From positions 4,712,001-4,776,000 of the forward strand of contig JASTWF010000031.1 of NCBI GenBank assembly GCA_030390025.1: DNA of 64,000 nucleotides, read 5' to 3'. Source of the DNA: Squalus acanthias (Eukaryota). The notes below the pieces were generated by a model. It was not told where the DNA came from. It searched no databases and was given only the letters and a program-made list of their open reading frames with translations. Made by a program: the position numbers and the translations under genes. Shown piece after piece: positions 39,298 to 51,112 of this stretch. The stretch's first letter is position 1. Each line of letters begins with the position of its first letter.

Positions 39298-39700
39298 AGG
39301 ACATAGAAACAGGAATCGGCCATTCAGCCCCTCGAGCCTGTTCCGCCATTCAATTAGATCATGGCTGATCTGTATCTTAACTCCATCTACCCGCCTTGGT
39401 TCCGTAACCCTTAATACCCTTGCCTAACAAAAATCTATCAATCTCAGTTTTGAAATTTTCAATTGACCTAGCCTCGACAGCTTTTTGGGGGGCTAGAGTT
39501 CCAGATTTCCACTACCCTTTGTGTAAAGATGTGCTCTGACATCACCCCTGAATGGACCAGCTCTAATTTTAAGGTTGTGACCCCTTGTTCTGGACGCTTG
39601 GACCAGAGGAAATAGTTTATCTCTATTTACCTTATCAAATTCTTCAATCATCGTAAACAATTCTATTAGCTCACCCCTCAATCTTCTATATTCAAGGGAC
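39298..39700 (-). mobile_element. CR1-type LINE 3' fragment
   Basis: SLEYRRLRGELIELF...LFPL...RTRGHNLKIR plus CR1 tail. Confidence 0.88.
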
Positions 39701-40998
39701 AGTGATGGTCTGGCCATTCTTGAGTTACACCAGTTTGACTATATCCAACCTTTATTGTCAACTCAGCCAGCTGCTTAGATAATAGCTAACTGGTGCAGAA
39801 ATACCATGAAGCCCTCAAAGGGTTCATTTTCATTTTACTTTAATTTCTATTTTTATTTCTGGTTCATATCCAGTTTCATCAATGCTGCAACAGTGAGAGG
39901 TCACCAGGAAGTGCTTAATCTCCAAGACTAGGTTCAGGCCTATGAGTATGCAAAGCTTTGTGCAGCGTGCAACCGCTGACATTCTCTCTTGTACAACAGC
40001 TGAAAATAATATTTTAACACCAGAGAACAGGAGTTTACACAACTGGAGGATGCTTTCCTTTGTATACTGTCATCTCATTAACAGGCCACACTGTAATTGT
40101 GCAGTGTGTATTTAAGTGTGCAAAAGTTACTACAGTGCTCAAAGGGTTAAGTAGCTTTCTACCACAGCTTTGTACTTCAGTGTTAAAAAAAAACCTAGCA
40201 GGCGCGGTTTCTTAACGGAAAAACATAGATGATAATCATCTCCTCAAAGCGACGTGTTACATTCGGAGTAACATTTCTTTATATCTGTGTGTTACGTGCT
40301 TAACCCTTTTACTACGAGGTGTGATTGGCAACTTTCACAAATACTCTCACGCTTTGCTCTGTCACACGCTTGAGCAGTGTTTTACTTTTAAATATACAGT
40401 TTTAAGAATTAATAGAACTGGAGAAATATTTTTTTTTTAAATCACAAAATATTTCTTAGCCACTAAATAAACTAGAAGAAAAAGTTAACTTGTCCTTTTA
40501 CATTCTGCAGCTGCACTTCAGTGCTCTTCGAGTTCTTTTTAAAACTCTTCTGAAAGCTGAAGTTGAGCATTATCTTGCATCATATGCTTTACCAGCAAGG
40601 GGCCATTTATTTTTTCCTGTTTTAAAAATTGACACTTGCGTCAGTAAACGAGCTTGTGCAATTGACAGTACAGATGGATCTTTTAATTTTAATTCATGCC
40701 TTGTAGGATAGGGATTGGTCTTTGTGGGTCCCCACCAAATGACACAATGCAGCAAAAGCATCATTTTGCTCAGGCAATATAGTCATCACTGAGCCGAAGG
40801 TGGTCATTATTGACCCAGAACTGCTGTTGTCCTCAACATTTAAAGAAAATGATGTTATCCTTGTGTTTGCCAGTTCACAGTTCTCAGCACCAATACCTCT
40901 ATTTTGTTGTGATGCGGAGATGCTGGTGTTGGACTGGGGTGGACAAAAATGAGAAGTCGCACAACACCAGGTTATAGTCCAACAGATTTATTTAAAAT

Positions 40999-41034
40999 TA
41001 CAAGCTTTCGGAGCTGTTGCCCCTTCGTCAGGTA
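40999..41034 (-). ncRNA. Minimal hammerhead ribozyme, mirror copy (sense to runx3 pre-mRNA)
   Basis: Reverse complement of 41055-41090. Confidence 0.78.
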
Positions 41035-41054
41035 GAGTTACAATAGAGTAACTC

Positions 41055-41090
41055 TACCTGACGAAGGGGCAACAGCTCCGAAAGCTTGTA
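41055..41090 (+). ncRNA. Minimal hammerhead ribozyme (Penelope-associated)
   Basis: UAC-CUGACGA-A-GGGGC(AACA)GCUCC-GAAA-GCUU-GUA; stem II kept through a G-U pair, stem I only 3 bp. Confidence 0.78.
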
Positions 41091-41354
41091 ATTTTAAATA
41101 AACCTGTTGGACTATAACCTGGTGTTGTGCGACTTCTATTTTGTTGGGTTTAGCACAGTGTTTTAAACTTGTTGACTGCCACTCATTTAGAACTCCCTCA
41201 GTGGTCTAATATCAAGTAACCGAATGCAAGCAAACCTGGGTAGAGTATTCAGTTATTGGTTTGGTTGATGGGGAATAATTAAATGCATTATTAGTCTTGG
41301 AATGTTTCATGAAAGACTGGTGCAGCTCGCCACATGCACTAGATTGATTATAAT

Positions 41355-41962
41355 TTCCACCTCCGTAATATCGCCGGTCTCCGCCCTTGCCTCAGCTCAT
41401 CCGCCGCTGAAACCCTATTCCAACGCACTCCTGCTGGCCTCCCACATTCCCCCCTGCGTAAACTTGAGGTGATCCAAAACTCAGCTGCCCGTGTCCTAAC
41501 TCGCACCAGGTCCCGTTCACCATCACCCCTGTGCTCGCTGACCTACATTGGCCTCGATTTCAAAATTCTCATCCTTGTTTTCAAATCCCTCCATGGCCTC
41601 GCCCCTCCCTATCTCTGTAATCTCCTTCAGCCCAACAATCCCCCGAGATATCTGCGCTCCTCTAATTCTGCCCTCTTGAGGATCCCTGATTATAATCGCT
41701 CAACCATTGGTGGCCGTGCCTTCTGTTGCCTAGACCCTATGCTCTGGAATTCCCTGCCTAAACCTCTTCGCCTCTCTACCTCTCTTTCCTCCTTTTAGAT
41801 GCTCCTTAAAACCTACCTCTTTGACCAAGCCTTTGGTCACCTGCCCTAATTTCTCCTTATGTGGTTCGGTGTCAAATTTTTTTTTTGTCTTATAATACTC
41901 CTGTGCAGCGCCTTGGGATGTTTTACTATGTTAAAGGCGCTATATAAATACAAGTTGTTGCT
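41355..41962 (+). mobile_element. L2-type LINE 3' fragment
   Basis: IQNSAARVLTRT...FKILILVFKSLHGLAPPYL...GGRAF...LWNSLP and tail AAGGCGCTATATAAATACAAGTTGTTG. Confidence 0.9.
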
Positions 41963-43979
41963 GTTGTCATTTTGCTGCATAACCAGCATATTAACTCACT
42001 AACATTCTCTCCTACTAGTAACCATCTTGAAAACAGTACAATTTCAAAGGTATGTAGCATTCTACAAATGAATGGTATATGGAGCATACCCATAATGTGG
42101 TTTGCAACAGCATAATCAGGAGTAGTTCTGAAATGGATCACTCAGGCTGACAACCACCTTCATGCCTAAACTTAAAACTATTATCACTATTATGGTCAGC
42201 CTATGTGGGATTTTTCCTCCCTCTGTTTATAATTTTCTGCGCTCCCTTGAATATGTTCCTTCTAATTGTCCTGCACTTTGTCTACAAATGTGAAATGGAT
42301 AATAAACGGCACCAGAGACAAGTGAACTTCAGAGCTGCCAAAAGACAGGGCAGTGAGACAGGCGGGTGAGCAATAGTGGGTATTACAATAGTGGAAGTGG
42401 GTGGTGTTATCAGTTTGATTGCTTGAAATGGCAACACTTTCATCTAATTTGCTATTGCCCTGCCCTCTTGCAAGGAGCTGGTGTTTTGCAACCATCTTAC
42501 CAATTCAGCCTGAAATCAGTGCACCCGATTTGCTTGCACTCTCACTTCAACCTGTGCAGAGACCAAGGACAACATACATGGGGAGCTCCCTCAGTAGTAT
42601 GAATCTGTTCACAAAAGCTTTATTGAAAAAAAACTCACTTTAAGATCATGCAACAGCCACTTTTTCAAAAAACAGGAATATCCTCAATTGGTCAGCTGTA
42701 CGAGGAAAGATATTGTTGGCATCAATAATTTACTTCCCTTTAATGCACTTTTAAAAATGCTGATTTCTTTTTATGATGGAAGTACATTTATTTGCAATAA
42801 TTTCTCATTTAAAATATTTGGACGGTGAAATAAATGCTTCCACAAACTAAACATATTAAAAGTAATTGCACTGCCCTGTTAAACCCTGATGGAAGCGATA
42901 ACTTTTTAGCCAAGAAATGTTATGTTTGGGTCATCATTTTCCAGAAAGATGAAGATACAAAGTGCTCCCATGATGGCTCAGTGAGCGATCACTGAGTACC
43001 TGAGCCATTCAGTCAAATGACACGCACCATCCTGACTTGGACATCTGTTCCTTCAAGGTCGCTGGGTCAGGGTTCTGGAATTCCCTACCTAACACTATTG
43101 TGGGAGTGCCATCACCACAAGGGCTTCGGGCACCAGTAGGGATGGGCAATTAATGCGGCCTTTCCAGCGTTGCCCACATCCCAAGAACCAATTTTTAAAA
43201 AAACGGTCCCAGGTTTAATCCCTTATCTTTACTACGTGAGCTGATCTCACCTGGGGGCATTGGTGAGGATTATCAGCCAGAGCTGACATGCGCAAATGTG
43301 GATGCCAGGTGAGGGCAGAAGCTGGTCATGCTGCAAATAGCCTGCTGACACTCACTATCAGGGCTAAAACATGAACAATGGTTCACCAGAGGGAGACCAA
43401 TACCCAGCAAGAAGTCAATACATTGAGGAGAGGAAGGAAAATGAGGAGAAACTGACAGGGGTAAAAAGAAGCCAAGCAACCAAGACGTTTTGAGGCCTAT
43501 TTAACCATTCATGCAGTGTATTCAACAAAAACAGCAAAAACTCTCACCATGGCAGGCTCCATTATTTACAGTGAGATGACACTGTCAAAATCTACTGCTA
43601 TCATACGGTAAATTCTGGCAAAAACATGGCTATGTTTAGTGGGATGGGTTTTAAAATCTGAATAATTAGGAATATTTTATGTGTGGGATTTTGTATTGAA
43701 GTCCTGTCTTTTAATCATAAGTTCTAACAGGAGTAAATAGAATGCATTTTTAGACCTGGATATGAATTATATTTATCTTTCTATTTTATTGACACTACAA
43801 TGGTCATTGTTCCTCTAAACGTTCCTCTCTTACTCCTTAGCTCTAAATATCATATCCTGAATACAGTTCGATGAAGTAAGGCGGGAGGAGGCACCCATGG
43901 AGCATAGAAACACGCCTCCTTCTGTGCTGTAAATGCTATGTGCTCTCCCTCCTCTTGTATTCTTATTGTGTTGGAATCT

Positions 43980-44545
43980 GGGGGTAGATTTTTCCTCCGT
44001 GCAGTTTTTGGGCGCTTAGCCGGCAGAGCGAGCTAACCGGCCTGCCCATAATGTCGATGGGGCACCCGGTCTATTTTGAAGGCCAGGCCGGGCCTCATTA
44101 ACGTAGGACTGGCAGGTTGCAGGTGAAAAATGGGGGGCGGGGGGGGGGAGACCCATTGCAGCAGTGGCTCGGGTTGTTTTTGTGGAGCTCGGGGAAGCAT
44201 TTCTTCTCCTCCCGGCCCCACAAAAATAATTTAAGTCTTACCTTCTGGGCTCCTCTTCCGCCGGACCACCAGCTGAGACTGCGTGGAACGTGCAATGGCG
44301 CACGCCCCATTGGTTGAGTCCTAAAAAGGCAACCGTGGTCCGATGTACGTCATAGGACCCCAGTTTGCATCTTAACAGAGCCTACCACCTGACTCGGGCG
44401 AGCTCTCTGGCCACCCAGCAAGCCCTAGGGAAGATTGCGTTGACCACATCGTCAGCAGGAATCGGACGCCATGTCATTCCCCACCATTTTAGGAGCACTA
44501 CCACCCCACTTGCACCCAGCAGATGGCCTCACAATCTCCGCCTAG
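43980..44545. mobile_element. GC-rich non-autonomous DNA-transposon-like element related to 4165-5503
   Basis: Starts GGGGTAGATTTT; shares the internal TGTACGTCATAGGACCCC motif; right end degenerate. Confidence 0.55.
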
Positions 44546-44804
44546 ACTCACTGCACAATCTCCTACTCCAGCTCATACCTCGAGGCTGAAGAACTGTGGA
44601 ACTTCTTACCTGCCTTAGTCTTCCCTTCCTCTTACAATCTGCGGGCATTTGAAACCCAAGCTTGGTGTCATTGAATCACTACTTCTCGTTTTACTTCATC
44701 TTCTCTCTCCTACTCTTTCCATGTCTGATGGGTTCCTGAACTATGGGCCTTGGACTTTCACCTGAGGCTTCTCGATTCAAAGTAAAGCCGAATAGGCAGG
44801 CTTT

Positions 44805-44961
44805 GGTCGAGAAATTTGTCTCGGGAGGTGGTGCAAAACAGGCATTATTGGACCGGCCGCCCGTTATACACAATGGAACTGAATATCGGGCGTTGCGTAT
44901 AACGGGCAGCTGATCCAATACCGCCCGTTTTGCGCCACCGCCCAAGATTAATTTCTAGGCC
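44805..44961. mobile_element. 157-bp hairpin MITE with 3-bp TSD
   Basis: TTT|GGTCGAGAAATT...AATTTCTAGGCC|TTT; about 69-bp imperfect inverted arms. Confidence 0.8.
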
Positions 44962-45993
44962 TTTATGTTAGAATAACTGCACTTTATCAAAAGCTAAATA
45001 AATGTACTCTGAAGCAATAGATGAAAGAGTTAATGCATTTACAACAAAGCTAGATAATGGAAATTTAAATGGCATTCTTGTCTTGTTCCTGGCTGTTGTA
45101 GGAGCCAAGCCCGTCCCAAAGTTCCCCACTGCGGCAATAACATACCCCTTTAACAAATGTCACTGGCCCTTTGGACAACTGGTTCTCTTTCATCTTTCAA
45201 GCAGCTTTGCGTTGCCAGCCATTCAAACTTGGGGCTAATTTTAAAGAGTTAAGTGCTGCTCCCAGATGTAGTTGGGCCTGCTCTGAAACGTTCTTATCCT
45301 CGCATAAGACACCAAATACACGTCAGTCAGTCTGATGGTTTTCTTGTGTTTCTTTTCCGTAGCTGGAACTTAGTCACACAGACTGCACCTTCTTACTTGA
45401 ATATGCCCATTCATAGAAACCGCGTGTTAAATAATTAATGCTAATTGCAGAGTTGATCTTCAGTGGCAATTAGTTAGGAATGAACACCTGCCATATAGTT
45501 ACAATGTTGTTTATTTAATATCATATGTGAAAATGCGTTGTGCTGCCTGGACAACGCAACAAGTCATTCCGTATTTCTCAAATATTCCACAATAGAACAG
45601 AGGAAATTTCAATTTTATTTTAAATCCTAAGGCATTAACTATTATTTTCATTGGGCAGCCAAGCAATAATTCACTTGGGTTAATCAAGTCCCTTCCATCG
45701 AATTATCACATCACAGTCACCAGCCACAACCAGCACTGAGCACTGTCTAGGCTCTACGTTCCCACCACAACTGAAAACCATGGAATAAACAGAATTTCTT
45801 GTCTGCGCCAAGCATTCTTCCATCCACGTGAAAAGCGAGGCATTTCATAAATCTCACATAGCACTGGCACTCATGAAAAAAGCATCTTCCGAACTTCCTC
45901 CGTGTTGGTAAGGAGGTTTGCTTTTCCTAAACTCTGCCTCTCATCCCTTCCTAAATGACCTGATTTTTAAAAAATTATTATTATGGAGTCATA

Positions 45994-46750
45994 CGGGAAA
46001 AATTCAGTTGGTTTGTGCCTCCCATTAGCGCCTTAAGAGGGCGCTAATGGGGCGCAAAGCAACTAGCGCCCGGGTGCGGCGCCGCCCACGCCTCCCGCGA
46101 AATTCAGCGGGAGGTTAGCGGCGGTGCTAACCGGTAGCGCCCTGTGGTGCTGTGCTGCCGGCGATGACGTCATCGCCGTGCGCAGCGCCCCGCTCACGCT
46201 CCGGCCGCGATCTTCGGTAGCGCCCCTTGACTTACCGCCGGACGCTATGTCCGACGGGGTCAGGGGGGCCTACCTGCGGCCGGGGCGGCGCTAGTTAAAG
46301 GGGAGGTGGCGGGCGGCCATTTATGTTGCTGGCCGCCTGCCAGCACCTGCCTCTGTTGCTGTCCCCAGCCCCCGTGAAGCCCCCCCTGCGAAGTGCCGAC
46401 TGCGCTCCAAGAGCCTGGCACTTCTCTTGAGTGCCGGGCTCTTTTGCCGGCACTCCCGATCCCCGGGGGCCCAGCTGGGCTCCGGTTCGCGCTGCGCAAG
46501 GCCCCTCCCCTTTAAGAAGGGGAGGAAGGCCTGCAATACCGCGGTGCGACGTGCCGCAGCGATGTAGCGCCACGATATTGACTCGCAGTGCCCCAAGAGG
46601 GATGCGGGGTGCTTCCAGTAGCGCCCCGCTTCCCTCTTGGGGCGCAACCACTCAATTTCCGGCGCAGGGGCGCTAATTTTTATGGGGAACTAAAAGTAGC
46701 ACCCCGGCAAAGTTAGCACCCCAAAGGGGGCGCGACTCAATTTTTCCCCC
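45994..46750. mobile_element. Very GC/CpG-rich non-autonomous DNA transposon
   Basis: TIRs GGGAAAAATTCAGTTG / CGACTCAATTTTTCCC; many TAGCGCCC subterminal repeats. Confidence 0.72.
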
Positions 46751-47258
46751 ATAGAGTCATAGAGTTATACAGCACAGAAAGAGGCCCTTCGGCCCATCGT
46801 ATCTGCACCGGCCATCAAGCCCTGTCTATTCTAATCCCATTTTCCAGCACTTGGTCCATAGCCTTGTATGCTATGGCGTTTCAAGTGCTCATCTAAATGC
46901 TTCTTGAATGTTGTGAGGGTTCCTGCCTCTACCACCCTTTCAGGCAGTGAGTTCCAGATTCCAATCACCCTCTGGGTGAAAAAGATTTTCCTCAAATCCC
47001 CTCTAAACCTCCTGCCCCTTATCTTGAAACTATGCCCCCTAGTTATTGACCCCTCTACTAAGGGGAAAAGTTTCTTTCTATCTACCCTATCTATGTCCCT
47101 CATAATTTTGTACACCTCAATCAGGTCCCCCCTCAGCCTTCTCTGCTCTAAGGAAAACAACCCCAGCCTGTCCAGTCTCTCTTCATAGCTGAAGCGCTCC
47201 AGCCCAGGTAACATCCTGGTGAATCTCCTCTGCACCCTCTCCAATGCAATCACATCCT
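46751..47258 (-). mobile_element. CR1-type LINE 3' fragment
   Basis: ALERVQRRFTRMLPGL...YEERLDRLGLFSLEQRRLRGDLIEVYKIM. Confidence 0.94.
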
Positions 47259-48509
47259 GGACTGGATATTTTACTTGCAGTTTTCAGGTCTTTCTCGTGA
47301 GTGACACATGACAAGTTGAAGTGATGCAGCATATCCACGGTGCCCTATTCTATTTATTCGATCCGGTTTAAAGTCACCCTGCGCCTAGCTCACTGAGTGG
47401 GTAACATGTGACCATTTCCAGATGTTTGCCACTGGGCCTTCTTCTGCTGCAGCAAATAATCAAATCAGGCACGGCAACAAAAAATAATGATCACAAACGG
47501 CAGAGTGGCCAGCCGCAAGGTTATTTTTTTCAATGTTTAAAGTTTAGGTACTTACCTTCAGGAAAAAAAAAATAATATTTTGAATGCGATCAATTAAAAA
47601 ATTCCTCATTTTTGTTTGTAGTGGAGATTGTACTCCCAGCTTGGTCACTAATGGTGCTGACCTCTGCTCTTGGTTGTCAGTTCCTGATTCTTTGATCAGT
47701 AGGAACTACCAATGAAGAGGGGACCTCAGCATAGTTAGCAAATAAACTGCATGGTTCCACACTTCAGTCTCTGTTGCACGAGAAGTACAACATTCCTGTG
47801 ACCCAGCATATCTGAAATATGATTTCAAATTTTTTTTTATTCCATCTTTAGATCCGAAAAGCTGGCTGAAAAGCACAACAGCTTTAAATGTCCGAACATA
47901 AAGATTAAGTGTTGGGGTCACCTCAACCAGCACAGCAACAGTCAGGACAATCGCTTGCATGGATCCAAGCTGGCTAAGCCCAAGAAAATCTTCCATTTTA
48001 TCTGCTTCTATTTACTTATTGATAATAAGGGAACAACAACAAGCAAATTATTCAACTCGAGAAGTTGACTATTTAAAATGTTCATCCTACTGTCAAGGAG
48101 CAAAACAACCATTCAATATCACACTTGTTCTGATTACAATCATGACTTAACATCAGTACCTCACATGTACAGCATGTTGGTTAGTGCATTGAATTTCCAG
48201 ATGTAATTCCTCTTTAACTATTAAATATCCATAGCTTCAAATCCCCCATAACTGTTAAAAATACTGAAATAATACTTCAGGGATCAGTTGCATTTTTCGC
48301 ATTGAATCTGCCCATTCATGGGTTAAATGCTGTAATTAACTAATGCTGATTATAACCTCTGATTTGAAATGACTGCTAATCCTGCATGAACACTTTCCAT
48401 GTTATCTTTATGCCATGTATTTAAGTTTTCAGTGTAAATATATAATAATTGATATCACTGTACAGCACAACTCAGCAATCCCATTTCAAGCGGTGAATAA
48501 ACCTATTCA

Positions 48510-48755
<246 letters not shown>

Positions 48756-49964
48756 TTATTTTGCCATGTTTCTGCCAGACACGTCAAGCATTGCAGACTG
48801 GGGAAGGAACGGGAACAGGAAGGGGGACAACATTCCCTAGCCTGTTGATGCAGAGTGGCTTAGTCGCCCACTGATGATTTTTTTTTGGAAAATCACAGAA
48901 AACTGAAGTCTATTATGAAATAAACCCTGATGGATATAATCGGTCTGTTACATTAGGGATGGATTTCATTAGTTCCAGGCTACACCTCTATGGGAGTATC
49001 TTTTGCGAGCGAAGAACTAATGAACTCACCTTATCTCAACTTGCTCCAAAAATACCTCTTGGCTACTCGTGCCTTAGCACTAGTAACGGTCTTCAAGACC
49101 TTTGTTTCCAAAGCTCCCCAATGTCCTCGGCAGAAACATGATTTGTAGAAGTGAATAGTTACTTTAGGTTTTTTTTTTAAAAGGGGGGGAAGCAATGGAA
49201 TAACATGATTAACTATGAAGCTTATTTTTGTCAAATACATTTTTCCGAGGTTCCCCTACACCCGCTCTCCCCCCCCACCCCCCCCCCACCCCCGAGTTGT
49301 CCCCTATCAGTAAGGTGGGATCTTTCTGGGCAGCAGTTGTCTCATGGCCACCATCACTACTACTCCACGATCCGTCATTTGGAGGTGGGATTCAAACAGG
49401 GCAACTTGGGTTCTGCGAGTTCTTTTTGTGCTCCCATGAGGGGGATGCCCACAGTAGGACAGTAGGCCTCAACCGCCTCAGCAGTGACATGCAAGAAGTC
49501 ACAAGCTGAGAGCGGTGGGCGGGAAATGCAGGCAGTCTTAGGAGTGAGCTTAAATCTTCTGGCCAGGCTCAAGCATTCGCCCACATTGAGGTTGCAACCA
49601 CCATTTATATCGGGTTAATTTGTCACTGCCGTTCAGGATTGTCTATTCACTGCATGAGACAATTCCCTATTTTCTCATACAGATGTCATTCATATTAGTT
49701 TAACAGGGCTGTGCAGTCCATCATAGGATGATACATACTCCAGTATTCTGAAAGGGAGTGCGCTTTAATCAAATATATTTTGCTGAGGATTTTGGTTGTG
49801 TGGGTTTCTTCTGCACCAAAAATAATTTATCCAAACATTCTGATTTATTAAGATAATATTATAGATAAAACACATCAATAAATTCATCTTATTCCTCTTC
49901 ATACAGCTCAGCACTCCATCTTCACTGAGTATTGACCCTGGTGGTATTGTAGCACAGAAAGGAT

Positions 49965-51112
49965 GGCTTGGAGTTTCCGCTCGATTGCGGTGGGTTTTTC
50001 GGCACAATTCGGCCGAAATTGGCGTACCCGGCGTAAGGTTGAGAGGAGATTTGATAGAGGCTTTCAACATCATGAGGGGTCTGGACAGAGTAGATAGAGA
50101 GAAACTGTTCCCATTAGCGGAAGGGTCGAGAACCAGAGGACACAGATTTAAGGTGATTGGCAGAAGAACCAAAGGCGACATGAGGAAAAACTTTTTTACG
50201 CAGCGAGTGGTTAGGATCTGGAATGCACTGCCTGAAAGGGTGGTGGAGGCAGACTCAATCGTGGCTTTCAAAAGGGAATTGGATAAGTACCTGAAGGAAA
50301 AAAATTTGCATGGCTATGGGGAAAGGGCGGAGGAGTGGGACTAGCTGAAGTGCTCTTGCATAGAGCCGGCACAGGCTCAACAGGCCTCCTTCTGTGCAGT
50401 AACCATTCTATGATTCTATGAACTGGCGCAAAAGATCGCGGAATTTTAAGCGCAATTTGCGTTCAGTGCAACTCGAGTTTCCGTGATCTTTTGCGCTAGT
50501 TTTAAAAACATTGCACTGCAAGCAGGCCCCGGCCACAAATTGGTCATGCCCCCAGGGTGAATTAGTCACCATTGGAGTTTCCGCTAATTACGCTCATTTG
50601 TAGGCCTTCAAGGAGGCTTTAAAAATTAAGCTGGATCTTTATGTGCAAGGACACTAACAGGTATGTTTTAAAAGCTTTTAAATGTGATTTATGTTTTAAT
50701 TTACTAAGAAACTGACTAACGTACCGCAATATAACTAGAAAATATATTTTTTTTTAAAGTGAATTTCGGTCATTTAAAATCGGGTCACTCAGAGGTGGTG
50801 GATCGACACTGTGGTTAAAAATGCTTATTTTTTTGTGATAAACCTATTTTCAGCTGTTTTAATCAAACTTTAACAAGTTATCATTTTTAAATATACGAAG
50901 GAAAACTTTTTAAAGTCTAATTTTTAAAAAGTTACGTTTTAAAACGCTGCCCGATTGCGCTGGTTCACGGCAGATTTTGCAATCGGTGATATGCAAATGA
51001 GTTTGATCGGAAAGTCGGCGGGGGAAAAAAAACACTTTTCAAAACAGGCGCAATTTTGGGCGCAATTTGCGCCGAAATCGGCAATTACGCCCTAAGCGGA
51101 AACTCTACCCCC
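49965..51112. mobile_element. Non-autonomous DNA transposon with a nested CR1 fragment
   Basis: Inverted ends GAGTTTCCGCT / AGCGGAAACTC(TACCCC); subterminal GCGCAATTTGCG repeats; interrupted at 50036-50420. Confidence 0.65.
50036..50420 (+). mobile_element. CR1-type LINE 3' fragment, same subfamily as 12077-12501
   Basis: RLRGDLIEAFNIMRGLDRVDREKLFPLAEGSRTRGHRFKVIG...; ATTCTATG tail. Confidence 0.93.

Larger units (their letters stand above)
40910..41137 (-). mobile_element. Short Penelope-like fold-back insertion (family B)
   Basis: Arms 40952-41041 and 41048-41137 (one mismatch), 6-nt loop AATAGA, 42-nt tail 40910-40951 homologous to the tail of the 36.6 kb element, TSD TCTATTTTGTTG at 40898-40909 and 41135-41146. 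Confidence 0.9.
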
